Positions 49,640 through 62,244 of a stretch of 64,000 bases of DNA are shown here, piece after piece. The first letter of the stretch is position 1; the number at the start of each line of letters is the position of its first letter. Location: positions 1,488,001 to 1,552,000 of the forward strand of contig CM059433.1 of NCBI GenBank assembly GCA_030390025.1, read 5' to 3'. Position numbers and translations under genes: made by a program. Source of the stretch: Squalus acanthias (taxonomy: Eukaryota). A model generated the notes under the pieces. The model saw nothing but the letters and a program-made list of their open reading frames with translations. It had not been told where the DNA came from and searched no databases.

Positions 49640-51833
49640 GCTTGGAGCTTGTAAGGCTCAAGGGAACCCCACTTACATTACTTTCATCAATTTTCAGAAG
49701 ACCTTGTGCCTCATGAGGTACTTGTGATGAAGCTGGAAGAAATGGGAGTACCTAACCAAATCTTGTATTTTATATGGGATGTGTACTTCGGTCCAAGATC
49801 TGTTAGGCTAAATAGGACACCTAACCCTATCTCTCTGAAAGGTGAGGCAAGGTTGCTCACTAGTTGATATTTTTGTCACTGGTGTGGTGGATGGCATCAT
49901 GCAAGAAAGCCTTTGGTTCCAGGCATTTCTCAAAATACTGCAGCTCTGCATTTTGCAGATAATATATTACTGGAAGAATCAACTAGGGATCTAATATTCT
50001 TGACTCACCATTTTGAATGATGGGCTAAGCAGTGGGATATAGGGTGGTGGGCGTTCCTAAGTGTGGTGTAGCCTTGCATGGATCAAGAGAGGAACTCGTA
50101 GGTGGAGGTTGAAAAATGCAAGCCCCCTTCTTGATCAATATCAGTACCTGGACATAGTCCTCCCAAATCATGCCAAGGAGGGGAAAAGCCTACTTTGGTC
50201 CTCGTCATTTTTCAATAACAGCAGCATCCCAATAATGATTAAGCGTATAAGACAAACAGTTCTTCTTCATAGTTCATTAGTCCTAGGCATGTAACAGAAG
50301 GGCTTTTTCCATCTCTTGTGTAACATGATACAAAGATAGGTGGGAAAGCAAATTGTGTGGAGGACGCAAAAAATCTCCAAAGGGATATAGATAGGCTAAG
50401 TGAGTGGGCAAACATCTGGCAGATGGAGTTTAATGTGGGAAAATGCGAGGTTATCCACTTTGGTAGGAAAAATAAAAAAGCAAATTATTATTTAAATGGG
50501 GAGAGATTACAAAATGCTGAAGTACAGAGGGATCTGGGGTCCTTGTACATGAATCACAAAAAGTTAGCATGCAGGTACAGCAAGTAATTAGGAAGGCAAA
50601 TGGAGTGTTGGCCTTTATTGCAAAGGGAATGGAGTATAAAAGTAGGGAAGTCCTGTTACAACAGTACAGGGCGTTGGTGAGACCACACCTGGAGTACTGC
50701 ATACAGTTTTGGTCTCCTTATTTAAGGAAGGATATACTTGTATTGAGGCAGTTCAGAGAAGGTTCACGAGGTTGATTCCAGAGATGAAGGAGTTGTCTTA
50801 TGAAGAAAGGTTGAGCAGGTTGGGCCGATACTCATTGGAGTTTAGAAGAATGAGAGGGGATCTTATTGAAACATATAAGATTCTGAAGGGGCTTGACAGG
50901 GTAGATGCAGAGAGGATGTTTCCCCTCGTGGGGGAATCTAGAACTAGGGGGCATAATTTCAGAATAAGGGGGCACCCTTTTAAATCGGAAATGAGGAGGA
51001 CTTTCTTCTCTCAGAGGGTCGTAAATCTTTGGAATTTTCTTCCCTAGAGAGCTGTGGAGGCTGGGTCATTGAATATATTTAAGGTGGAGATAGACAGATT
51101 TTTGAACGATAAGGGAGTCAAGGGTTATGGAGGGCGGGCGGGGAAGTGGAGTTGAGGCCAAGATCAGATCAGCCATGATCTTATTGAATGGCGGAGCAGG
51201 CTCGAGGGGCCAAATGACCTACTCCTGCTCCTACGCCTATCTCTTATGTATGCAGGACCAAGCTGTGAGGTGGATTTGTGGTAAAAAGGAAAGCAGTTTC
51301 AGGGAGGGAGGGCTCCAGCCTTCACCAGTCACTCAGCACTCTGAAGGGGGAAGCAACTGCGTGGCAGACACTAAAGCCTCTCACAAAAAGATTTGCATTA
51401 GCAGTTGATGATGAGTAAGTCTGATACGTGGTATTGGACACAAAATCTAGAAAGTCAAGGTAACTAGCATGTTGCAAGCTTCCCTGTGTAGGTCTTATCA
51501 CAACGTTGAAAGCAGATGCCCATCATATAGCCAATGAGAAAGTTCTAAGACTTGGAATGACAGCTGCTGTAAGGTGTTGCCTAGAGACTAGGGTTCAGTA
51601 CTTATCATGATTGGGTTGTAGAACGACAAACAACTGCTATGGAAGCTCTGCACTTCTAATTGGTGGAACCACTATTCAATAGGAAAGAGTGTGCGTCCAT
51701 GCCATGGTCAGGAGGATGGTGGCAATGTACTCACACATCTTATGTTGAGTTGTGCTGCTCATCATACTGCTCGTGCAGAGCTCCTGGTACCTTCTGTCCA
51801 CCCAACAACGACTCACACTTGTGTTTATCAGTT
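49640..51833 (+). mobile_element. Very old decayed LINE (RT remnants and C-terminal zinc knuckle) hosting later insertions
   Basis: FINFQK..VPHEVLVMKLEEMGVP near 49680, HFADN near 49950, YQYL near 50140, PCHGQEDGGNVLTHLMLSC..H...R near 51700. Confidence 0.5.
50324..51252 (+). mobile_element. CR1 LINE 3' fragment
   Basis: LQRDIDRLSEWANIWQMEFNVGKCEV, LVRPHLEYCIQFWSP, RMRGDLIETYKI, FFSQRVVNLWN. Confidence 0.93.
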
Positions 51834-53212
51834 TCCAATTTCCACCCTTCCCTCACCTTCACATGGTCCATCTCCGACTCTTCCCTTCCCTTCCTCGACT
51901 TCTCCGTCTCCATCTCTGGGGATAGGTTATTGACTAACATTCACTACAAGCCCACTGACTCCTACAGCTACCTGGACTACACTTCCTCCCACCCCGCCTC
52001 CTGTAAGGACTCTATTCCATTCTCCCAGTTTCTCCATCTCCGCCGCATCTGCTCTGACGATGCCACCTTCCAGACCAGTGCTTCCGACATGTCTTCCTTT
52101 TTTCTCAACCAAGGATTCCCCTCTACTGTGGTTGACACGGCCCTCGACGGTGTCCGTTCTATCTCCCGCACTTCTGCCCTCACCCCTGCCCCTCCCTCCC
52201 GGAACCACGATTACGTTCCCCTTGTCCTCACCTTTCACCCCACCAGCCTCCACATTCAACAGATCATCCTCCGCCATTTCCGCCACCTCCAGCGTGATCC
52301 CACCACCAAACGCATCTTCACCTCACCTCCCCTTTCAGCATTCCACAGGGACCGCTCCCTCCACGACACCCTAGTCCACTCCTCTACCACCCCCAGCACC
52401 CCTTCCCCTTCGCCCGGCACCTTCCCGTGCAAGCGCAGGAGATACAACACCTGCCCTTATACCTCCCCCCTTCCCACTGTCCAGGGCCCCAAACAACCCT
52501 TCCAGGAGAAACAGCGATTTGCTTGTACTTCCTGCAATTTAGTATACTGTATTCGCTGCTCACGATGTGGTCTCCTCGACATTGGGGAGACCAAATGCGG
52601 ATTGGGTGACCGCTTTGCGGAACACCTCCGTTCAGTCCGTAAGGGGGACCCCGAGCTCCCGGTGGCCTGTCACTTTAATTCTCCGCTCCACTCCCACTCT
52701 GACCTCACCGTCCTCGGCCTATTACACTGTTCCACGGAAGCTCAGCGTAAGCTTGAGGAACAGCACCTCATCTTTCGTTTAGGCACTCTACAGCCCTCTG
52801 GACTCAATATCGAGTTCAACAATTTTAGATCATAACCTCGACCCCTATCACATTTATATTTTATTTTTTCATCCACCCTTTTGTTTGGCCCACCCCCTTT
52901 TTTTTCCTCCCAGAAGCTGGCAGCTGTCCTTCATTCTGCCAGTGCATTTCACACTTCATTTAGCCTCAACCTGTTACATCAACACCTCCTCTTGCCTTGA
53001 TCATCTCTTAATGTCTCTCAATGTCTCTTAATCTCTCCTTTTGTTCTTTCATCCCCTCCCCCTTTTCCCAGCATTATACTTGCTTTAAATCTATTTCATT
53101 CCCTGCTTTTTTCCAGTTCTGATGAAAGGTCTTCGACCTGAAACGTTAACTCTGTTTCTCTCTCCATGGATGCTGCCTGGCCTGCTGTTTTTCCAACGTT
53201 TTCTGTTGTTAT
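51834..53212 (+). mobile_element. Penelope-like element, second family, 5'-truncated (RT C-terminus, GIY-YIG, terminal repeat)
   Basis: LPFLD, YKPTD, SSHP, NLVYCIRCSRCGLLDIGETK...RFAEH and PSGLNIEF. Target duplication ttgtg(t/c)ttatcagtt at 51819..51833 and 53213..53227. Confidence 0.92.
53115..53151 (+). ncRNA. Minimal type-I hammerhead ribozyme motif
   Basis: AGUU-CUGAUGA-A-AGGUC(UUC)GACCU-GAAA-CG-UU^-AACU, with palindromic ACGU in place of helix III. Confidence 0.82.
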
Positions 53213-53967
53213 TTGTGCTTATCAGTTGTTTGTTGACCAACTATCCTTCTTTAGGGAAAAGTAAGTGGTGTCCCTTTGGGGGAGAAGTATCCCGAAGATG
53301 ACATAGCTCTGCGCACACTTAGGAACTTCTAAGTTTAGGCTTTAACAACCTGATCCTAAGCTCGCTGGACTTGGGTAATTGGGATGTGTCCCTGTGGTGA
53401 GAAAATGTGTAATCCATATTGGGCAAAAAGTAACCCTATAGATGGATATATATTTTTCAGCAGTTTGATTTGGAGACAACATTGTCTTCTGCATTTTCTC
53501 ATATACCATCCATCACCATTTTTAAATCTGTTACTACCTTGTTCTGTACATTCAGAAAGAAATTCTCCAGATAAAATGTGAGTAAAGTGGAACAAACATA
53601 TTTCCCTACTTTATGTGACATGTACATCAATTTAATGTTTTTTGTCCTGATGTTTCCCATTAATGAAAGTCCTGCGTGCGCCCTTTTACTACTAACTGTG
53701 ACCTTCTTCTGAGTGACTGCTCTCTGGAAGGAGTAAGTGTGGTGATTGCCTGCTGGATCTTAGTGGAAAGTGCCTGGGATTGTAATGGCCCGGTACATCT
53801 TTGTGCTAGGCCCTGAAATGGTCGTGCGACCTCTTCTACAGTGGTTGTGCTGCCTTTATGGCACATCTTCTATCATTTGCTCAGGGCCAGAGACAGTGGG
53901 GGTGAAATTCGACTTCAGAAAAGAAGATCAAGTGGGGTGTGAAACAGGCTGCCGATTTGCTATCATT

Positions 53968-54500
53968 AACAACAACTTGCATTTATATAACGCTTTTAAT
54001 ATAGGAAAACATCCCAAAGTGCTTTGCAGGAGTGTAATCAGACAAACATTGACACTGAGCCAAAGAAGGAGACATTAGGATGGGTGACTAAAAGCTTTGC
54101 CAAAGAGGTAGGTTTTAAGGAGTGTTTTAAAGGAGGTGGAGAGGCGGAGAGGTTTATGAGGGAATTCCAGAGCTTAGGGCCTAGACAGCTGAAGGCACAG
54201 CTACCCTGATGGGGCAAAGAAAGTGCGGGATGCTGAAGAGGCGAGAGTTGGAGTAACACAGAGTTCTCGGAGGGTTGTAGGGCTGGAGAAGGTTACAGTA
54301 GAGATAGGGAGGGCGAGGCTATGGAGGGATTTGAACATGAAGACAGCAAGGTCCCACAGACAGCAATGAGATAAATGACCAGATAATCTGGCTTTGGATT
54401 TGTTGATTGAGGGATGAATGTTGGCTAGGACACTGGGAGAACGCCCCTGCTCTTCACCAAATAGTGCCATGGGATCTTTTATGTTCACCTGAACTGGTTT
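53968..54500 (-). mobile_element. L2 3' fragment joined to a SINE internal fragment
   Basis: 53968..54340 resembles 21010..21400; 54345..54500 resembles 21677..21843. Confidence 0.78.
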
Positions 54501-55135
54501 AATGGCATAAATAGCATAGAAAAGATAAATCTGGAACATTGCTTCAAATTAAACTGTGACAGTAAGACAAGGGGCACAGGTTCAAATTTAGGACAGGTGT
54601 CAGGAAGCTCTTCAAACAGAGAGCCATCAACACAAGGAATGAACTTCTTGGTAGGGTAGTGAAGGCAAAATCCCAATGATCATTTAATAAACTACTGAAT
54701 GATGTGACTAAGCTTTTTCTGGATGGAGCTAAGATGGGCTGACTGACCTTCCTTGTCTATATCTATCTTATGACGTTGGGATTCAGATAACTTTTTAAGC
54801 CTCTCTGCAGATTGAATTCCAGCTTTTATTCTCCTTACCTTGTGGAGAACTTGCCACTTACTGAATGACAGTTGAAAAGGGTCCCAGTTCCTTCCCACTT
54901 CATTTATTGAAGATGTTTTGTTCAGTTGTCTTTCTCTACTGCCGATTTTGTCCAGCGGACCGATGAATCATTCTCCACCTCATTAAGGCATAGCTTAAAC
55001 TACAAAGATGTATTTTTCTCCCATCTTTAAGTCTCTTGCAAGTGTAAAAAGGTCATAACTTAGATGGTGCATAAAACTGTAAGACAATATAAATTTGCTT
55101 CTGTGAACCTGTATAAAATATAGCCTTATGAATTT

Positions 55136-57070
55136 CTTCTTAGGCAGTCCCTTGGAACCGAGGATGACTTGCTTCCACATTAAAGCTGAGTTCGCAGGTG
55201 ACTGATGAGTCCAATGCAGGACCTACAGTCTCTGTCACAGGTGGGGCAGACAGTGGTTGAAGGGGTGGGTGGGTGGGGTACTTGGGTTGACGTGCGCTCC
55301 TTGCGCTGTTTGCGCTTGGCTTCCGCTTGCTCCCGGCGAAGAGACTCGAGGTGTTCGGCGCCTTCCTGGATGCTTCTCCTCAACTTTGTGCGGTCTTGGG
55401 CCAGGGATTCCCAGGTGTCAGTGGGGATGTTGCACCTTTTCAAGGAGGCTTTGAGGGTGTCCTTGAAGCGTTTCCTCTGCCCACCTGGGCTCTCTTGCCA
55501 TGTCGGAGCTCCGAGTAGAGCGCTTGTTTTGGGAGTCTCGTATCGGGCATGCGGATGATGTGACCCGTCCATCGGAGCAGATCGAGCGTGGTCAAAGCTT
55601 CGATGCTGGGGATGTTGGCCTGAGCGAGAACACTGAAATTGGTGCGCCTATCCTGCCAATGGATTTGCAGGATCTTGCGGAGGCAGCGTTGGTGGTACCT
55701 CTCCAGTGCTTTGAGGTGCCTGCTGTACATGGTCCATGTCTCTGAGGCATACAGCAGGGCGGGTATCACTGCTGCTCTGTAGACCATGAGCTTAGTGCCG
55801 GGTTTGAGGTCCTGGTCTTCAAACACTCTCTTCCTCAGGCGACCGAAGGCTGCACTGTTGGACTTCATCATCGACGTCTGCCCTTGTTGACAGTAGGCTC
55901 CCGAGGTATGGAAAGTGGTCCACGTTGTCCAAGGCCTTGTCGTGGATTTTGATAATCAGGGGGCAGTACTGTGTGGCGGGGGCAGGTTGGTAGAGGACCT
56001 TTGTCTTACGGATGTTTAGTGTAAGGCCCATGCTCTCATATGCTTCGGTGAAGGTGTTGACGATGGTTTGGAGTCAGACCTCCGAGTGAGCACAGACGCA
56101 AGCGTCGTCTGCATACTGTAATTCGGCGACAGAGGATGGGACGACCTTGGATCTGGGCTGGAGGCGACGGAGGTTGAACAGTTTCCCGTTTGTTCTGTAA
56201 ATTAGCTCCACTCCAGCAGGGAGCTTACTGAGGGTGAGATGGAGCATTGCAGCCAGGAAGATCGAGAAGAGTGTTGGTGCAATGACACAGCCTTGCTTGC
56301 ACCCAAGGTCCTACCCCACTGCGGGCCAAGAACGGAAAGGTACTCATCAAGGACAGAGAGGAAGTCAGTGCCCGCTGGAAGGAGCACTTCGAAGATCTCC
56401 TTAACTGAGACTCTGTCTTCGACGCGATTGTCCTTAACTCCATCCCGCAGCATGCTACCCGCCACCATCACAGCACAACCCCAGCCCGGCATGAGGTTGA
56501 AAAGGCCATCTGACAACTGAAGAACAACAAGGCCTCAGGAGCAGATGGAATCCCTGCTGAGGTACTAATGCATGGCGGAGAAGCACTACTGGCGTGAATT
56601 CATGAACTAATTTCTCTTATCTGGAAGGAGGAGAGCATGCCAGGGGATCTCAGAGACACCGTAACTGTGACCATCTTCAAGAAAGGTGACAAGTCCAATT
56701 GCGGTAATTACAGAGGAGTTTCCCTGCTGTCTGCCACAGGGAAAGTCATCGCAAGAATCCTCCTCAATCGCCTTCTCCCAGTGGCTGAAGAGCTCCTCCC
56801 AGAGTCACAATGCGGATTCTGCCCACTAAGGGGTACAATGGACATGATCTTCACCACGTGTCAATTACAAGAGAAATGCAGGGAACAGCACCAACCGCTG
56901 CACATGGCCTTCTTTGATCTCACAAAGGCCTTCGACACTGTCAACCGTAAGGGATTATGGCGTGTCCTCTCAAATTCGGCTACCCTCAAATGTTTGTCAC
57001 CATCCTCCGCCTGCTTCACGACGACATGCAAGCCGTGATCCTAACCAACGGTTCCACCACAGACCCAATT
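55136..57070 (-). mobile_element. RTE LINE with a 5' inversion
   Basis: Minus part 55136..~56299 runs up to KQGCVIAPTLF. Plus part ~56300..57070 ends at STTDPI. Target duplication cttatgaattt at 55125..55135 and 57071..57081. Confidence 0.93.
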
Positions 57071-57585
57071 CTTATGAATTTACCCAATAGGATAATACCA
57101 GCTCATATAAGATATAGCTGGAATTCTAAATAATAAACAGCCCACATAGTGAGGTGTACAGCAACACAAATGAACAATGGTTAGAAACAATATTATAAGT
57201 CCACAATAAATTTATTTTTCTCGGAGTATTTAGACTAAAACTACAGAAAAAGTCTTTAGCTTACTGATTATTATTAACCCTTTAAGAACTGAAATTACTT
57301 GAACGACTAATTCTCAGTATCGATAAAGAACAAATAAATCTGCAATGTTACCTTAAAAAGGGGCACCAAATGTTTCTTTTCAAAGGTGTGCTGTGAATAA
57401 TATACTAAATTTGATTTGTGAAACAGGTTTAGTAAATGTTGCCAATACACGATCATTGTGGTCAAAGAGTTAATCAGAAAAGTTTACATACAGGTTCTGA
57501 GAATCCTATTTCAAAAGTTTCTGTCTCAAAGGACTCACTGTTAGTGGTTCGTTATTGCTATTTTAAAGAAGATTATTTCAATACC

Positions 57586-57735
57586 ACAACAACAACAACT
57601 TGTATTTACATAGCGCTTTTAACATAGTAAAACGTTCCAAGGCGCTGCACAGGAGTATTATAAGACAAAAAATTTGACACCGAGCCACAAAAGGAGAAAT
57701 TAGGGCAGGTGACCAAAAGTTTGGTCAAAGAGGTC
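57586..57735 (-). mobile_element. L2 3' end
   Basis: Matches about 21008..21160. Confidence 0.82.
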
Positions 57736-59441
57736 GGTCACCTGCGCTCTTCAAGCCAAAAAAATAAGCTGAACATATACTTGTATGATCTGTATTCTAT
57801 ATATGAAAGAATGTAAATAAAAATATTTTCACATACTGTGTAAAAAATATACCTTGTAATCCATATTGCTATTTTAATTGCTGAATTTTGTCCGAATCCT
57901 CAGCAGTGCCTGAGCGATGACTGTTCTCCGAGGCTTCAGACTGTGCCGGATGACCCTCCAGCAACAGTAGAGTCTGGGCTGGGGCAAGACACAGAAGAAG
58001 CCATGTGGCCGATGTTGGTAAACATTATCCTCGTGCTCCTTTTATTAACATGGTCTGGCATGGCACCAACTACAGTAGAGTGTGATTATCTTGCAGATCA
58101 CGTGTATTGAACACAAACAGACAGGCGACTGAGGGAACTGAGCCAATTCTTGTCCTTCAACAGCAGCTGCCATTACCAAGGTGACGGAGACTAACAATGT
58201 GCTAGCAAACTGCAGCAAGAACAGCCCATTGTTTCACAAACCCTTAGGTTATGTGTTTTTATCTTTAAAAATAATATACTTATGCTCACTTCTTGTCACA
58301 CTGCCAAGGCTTTATTTCTACAATTTTAAAAATAAAATTCACTGAATAATTCAGAATCTTTGTTTCAAACAAGAAAAGGAAATCATGTTCTTTTGTTTTT
58401 TTCTTTTGATAAACATCATTGTATTGTTGTTCTGGAAGATTTGGATAAGGCTGCTAAATTTAACCCATCTGCAGTTGTATTTCTTAATTCAACTAAAGCG
58501 TAGAATGGGATTCCATCAGCAACAGCAAGAAGCTTTACACCTAATTAGTTAAACCGTCAATATTTTACTAATATCTGGCACAAAGTAAGGTGGTCCAAGA
58601 AATTTAGAAAAAGCAGAAGAGATAACAGACCATCACCAATTATAACTAAAAAAATGAAAGGCCTGGTTATTGAAAGGTCTGGTTATTGGTATTTAAAGGT
58701 CTGGTTAACCTCAAAAGTACCATCGTTTGCAGCAGATTACCCATCTTTCAGGAGAACAGCAACCAAGACACCACACAACCCTGCCACGGCAACCTCTGCA
58801 AGACATGCCAAATCATGGACACAGATACCATCATTACACGTGAGGACACTACCCACCAGGTACACGGTACATACTCATGTGACTCGGCCAACGTTGTCTA
58901 CCTGATACGTTGCAGTAAAGGATGCTCCAGAGCATGGTACATCAGCGAGACCATGCAGACACTGAGACAACGTATGAACGGACACCGCGCAACAATCGCC
59001 AGGCAGGAGGGTTGCCTCCCAGTCGGGGAACACTTCAGCAGCCAGGGGCATTCAGCCTCGGATCTGCGGGTAAGCGTTCTCCAAGGCGGCCTTCGAGATA
59101 CACGACAGCGCAAAATCATAGAGCAGAAACTGATAGCCAAGTTCCGCACTCATGAGGATGGCCTCAATCGCGATATCGGGTTCATGTCACGATACAGAAC
59201 GTGACTTGACATCATGGCCGGTCTTCCCAGGTGTTTTTTTTGGTTTTTTTTTGTTTTTTTTTAAAAAGGCTAACACAAGAACACAAATTGACAGGATATG
59301 CAGCCAGCAGGTGGTTTGACACGTTGGACCCCCTGGGACACATCTCATTGTCTTGGCTGTGCTCTTTGTTGTAGCGAATAATGTGAATAGATTTTGTCTG
59401 GGTTTAAATTGTGAATTCTGGGAGATTCTCTCATTGCTAAC

Positions 59442-59479
59442 TTACCTGACGAAGGAGCGACAGCTCCGAAAGCTTGTAA
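59442..59479 (+). ncRNA. Minimal type-I hammerhead ribozyme motif (upstream repeat)
   Basis: UUAC-CUGACGA-A-GGAGC(GACA)GCUCC-GAAA-GC-UU^-GUAA. Confidence 0.82.
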
Positions 59480-59566
59480 AAATAAATAAATCCGTTGGAC
59501 TATAATCTGGTGTTGTGCGACTTCTCATTTTTGTCCACCCCAGTCCAACGCCGGCATCTCCACATC

Positions 59567-62244
59567 ATGACCTCTATTGACACCGCAAACTGCCGGCTCA
59601 AAGTGGAGAGAATCGCCAAGAAGATCGCGCATATTGACACAGACATCAAGTACCTGCAGAGATGCAAGAAAGCAGACAAGATTCCGAAAGGACTACAGAT
59701 CACGAACCCACTCAAGTCGACATACAACACAGACTACGCTGAGAGACTTTGCCGTCGTACCTCTCGCACACTCCTCAACCATCTCGTACACCAGCTCTAC
59801 AGCAGACGTCGCAACCTCGAAACCAAGATAGAGTCCATGCTCTCAGCCTGTGGTCAGGACACAGCAGACCAGCTACGAGACACCGCCAAACAGACGAGGC
59901 AACGGAACTACGCTACCTACATGCGCATCAAGAACAGAAGCTTGAGAAACTCGGCGTAACCACCAGCTACAACCAAGCCTCCCCCGGTACCACGGTTGCA
60001 ACCACAGGGAAGTCCATCGTCAACCTGTCGGACCACACCCTTCAACCAGACGAAATCGAAGTTCTCGCCCTAGGGCTCAAGTTCTGCCCCACCACCAAAA
60101 TGGACCCCATCGGTCTCGCGGCGGACACAGAGGAATTCATCAGGAGAATGAGGATCCGGGAATACTACCACAAATCCCAAGATGTCAGCAACATTCCTAA
60201 TGGGACAATCAATGATCCGGAACAGCAGACAGAGGGAACCGCAGTGCTGCAACCGAGGAAGAAAGAGTCAAATTGGACCCCTCCGGAGGGTCGCAACCCT
60301 AAGCTTGACATGTATGCTCAAGCTGTCAGGAAATGCATCAACGCCAGATTCATCAGCCGTACTCACAAGACAGTCCAGAATGTCACCCGAGCACAACGCA
60401 ACGCCATCCACGCACTCAAGACCAACCGCAACATCGTCATCAAACCAGCGGACAAAGGAGGAGCCATCGTCATACAGAACAGAACGGACTATTGCAAAGA
60501 AGCATACCGACAACTGGACAACCAGGAACACTACAGACAGCTACCCGCAGATCCGACCAAAGAACACACCCGCCAACTCAATAGACTGATCAAGACCTTC
60601 GATCCAGACCTTCAAAACATCCTACGCGCTCTCATCCCACGTACTCCCCGCGTAGGAGACTTTTACTGCCTCCCAAAGATACACAAAGCCAACACACCCG
60701 GACGTCCTATCGTATCAGGCAACGGAACCCTGTGTGAGAACCTCTCTGGGTACGTCGAGGGCATCCTGAAACCCATCGTACAGGGAACCCCCAGCTTCTG
60801 TCGCGACACTACAGACTTCTTGCAGAAACTCAGCACCCATGGACCAGTTGAACCAGGAACACTCCTCGTCACAATGGACGTATTGGCACTCTACACCAAT
60901 ATCCCCCACAATGACGGCATCGCTGCGACAGCCTCAGTACTCAACACCAACAACAGCCAATCTCCGGACGCCATCTTACAACTCATCCGCTTCATCCTTG
61001 ACCACAATGTCTTCACCTTCGACAACCATTTTTTCACCCAAACACACGGAACAGCCATGGGGACCAAATTCGCACCCCAATACGCCAACATCTTCATGCA
61101 CAAGTTCGAGCAAGACTTCTTCGCTGCACAGGACCTCCAACCAACGCTGTACACCAGATACATCGACGACATCTTCTTCCTTTGGACCCACGGCGAAGGA
61201 TCACTGAAAGGACTACACGATAGCATCAACAGGTTCCATCCCACCATCAAACTCACCATGGACTACTCCTCAGAATCGGTTTCATTCTTGGACACACGAA
61301 TCTCCATCAAAGACGGACGCCTCAGCACTTCACTCTACCGCAAGCCCACGGACAACCTCACGATGCTCCACTTCTCCAGCTTCCACCCTAACCACGTTAA
61401 AGAAGCCATCCCCTATGGACAAGCCCTGCGAATACACAGGATCTGCTCAGACGAGGAGGAACGCGATGGACACCTACGGACACTGAAAGACGCTCTCGTA
61501 AGAACGGGATATGACGCTCGACTCGTCGATCGACAGTTCCGACGGGCCACAGCGAAAAACCGCATAGACCTCCTCAGAAGACGAACACGGGACACAACCA
61601 ACAGAGTACCCTAAGTCGTCCAGTACTTCCCCGGAGCGGAAAAACTACGCCATGTTCTTCGCAGCCTTCAGCATGTCATCGATGACGACGAACACCTTGC
61701 TAAGGCCATCCCCACGCCTCCACTACTCGCCTTCAAGCAGCCGCCTAACCTCAAAAGTACCATCGTTCGCAGCAGATTACCCATCTTTCAGGAGAACAGC
61801 AACCAAGACACCACACAACCCTGCCACGGCAACCTCTGCAAGACATGCCAAATCATGGACACAGATACCATCATTACACGTGAGGACACTACCCACCAGG
61901 TACACGGTACATACTCATGTGACTCGGCCAACGTTGTCTACCTGATACGTTGCAGTAAAGGATGCTCCAGAGCATGGTACATCGGCGAGACCATGCAGAC
62001 ACTGAGACAACGTATGAACGGACACCGCGCAACAATCGCCAGGCAGGAGGGTTGCCTCCCAGTCGGGGAACACTTCAGCAGCCAGGGGCATTCAGCCTCG
62101 GATCTGCGGGTAAGCGTTCTCCAAGGCGGCCTTCGAGATACACGACAGCGCAAAATCATAGAGCAGAAACTGATAGCCAAGTTCCGCACTCATGAGGATG
62201 GCCTCAATCGCGATATCGGGTTCATGTCACGATACAGAACGTGA
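59567..62244 (+). pseudogene. Full-length Penelope ORF (N-terminal domain, RT, Cys linker, GIY-YIG) with one frameshift and one nonsense codon
   Basis: Starts MTSIDTANCRLKVERIAKK. Frameshift near 59937 into KLEKLGV...IVNLS. TAA at 61612..61614 where the 3.7-kb copy has TAC. Confidence 0.92.

Noticed and set aside
51660..51833. Cys-rich N-terminus of the 391-aa ORF as a novel fusion protein
   Set aside because: It lies outside the Penelope target duplication and is chance read-through from flanking DNA.
59440..59448. Antisense splice donor CAG/GTAAGT overlapping the hammerhead
   Set aside because: It is a by-product of helix I and core sequence and is weaker (GTGAAG) in the other subfamilies.
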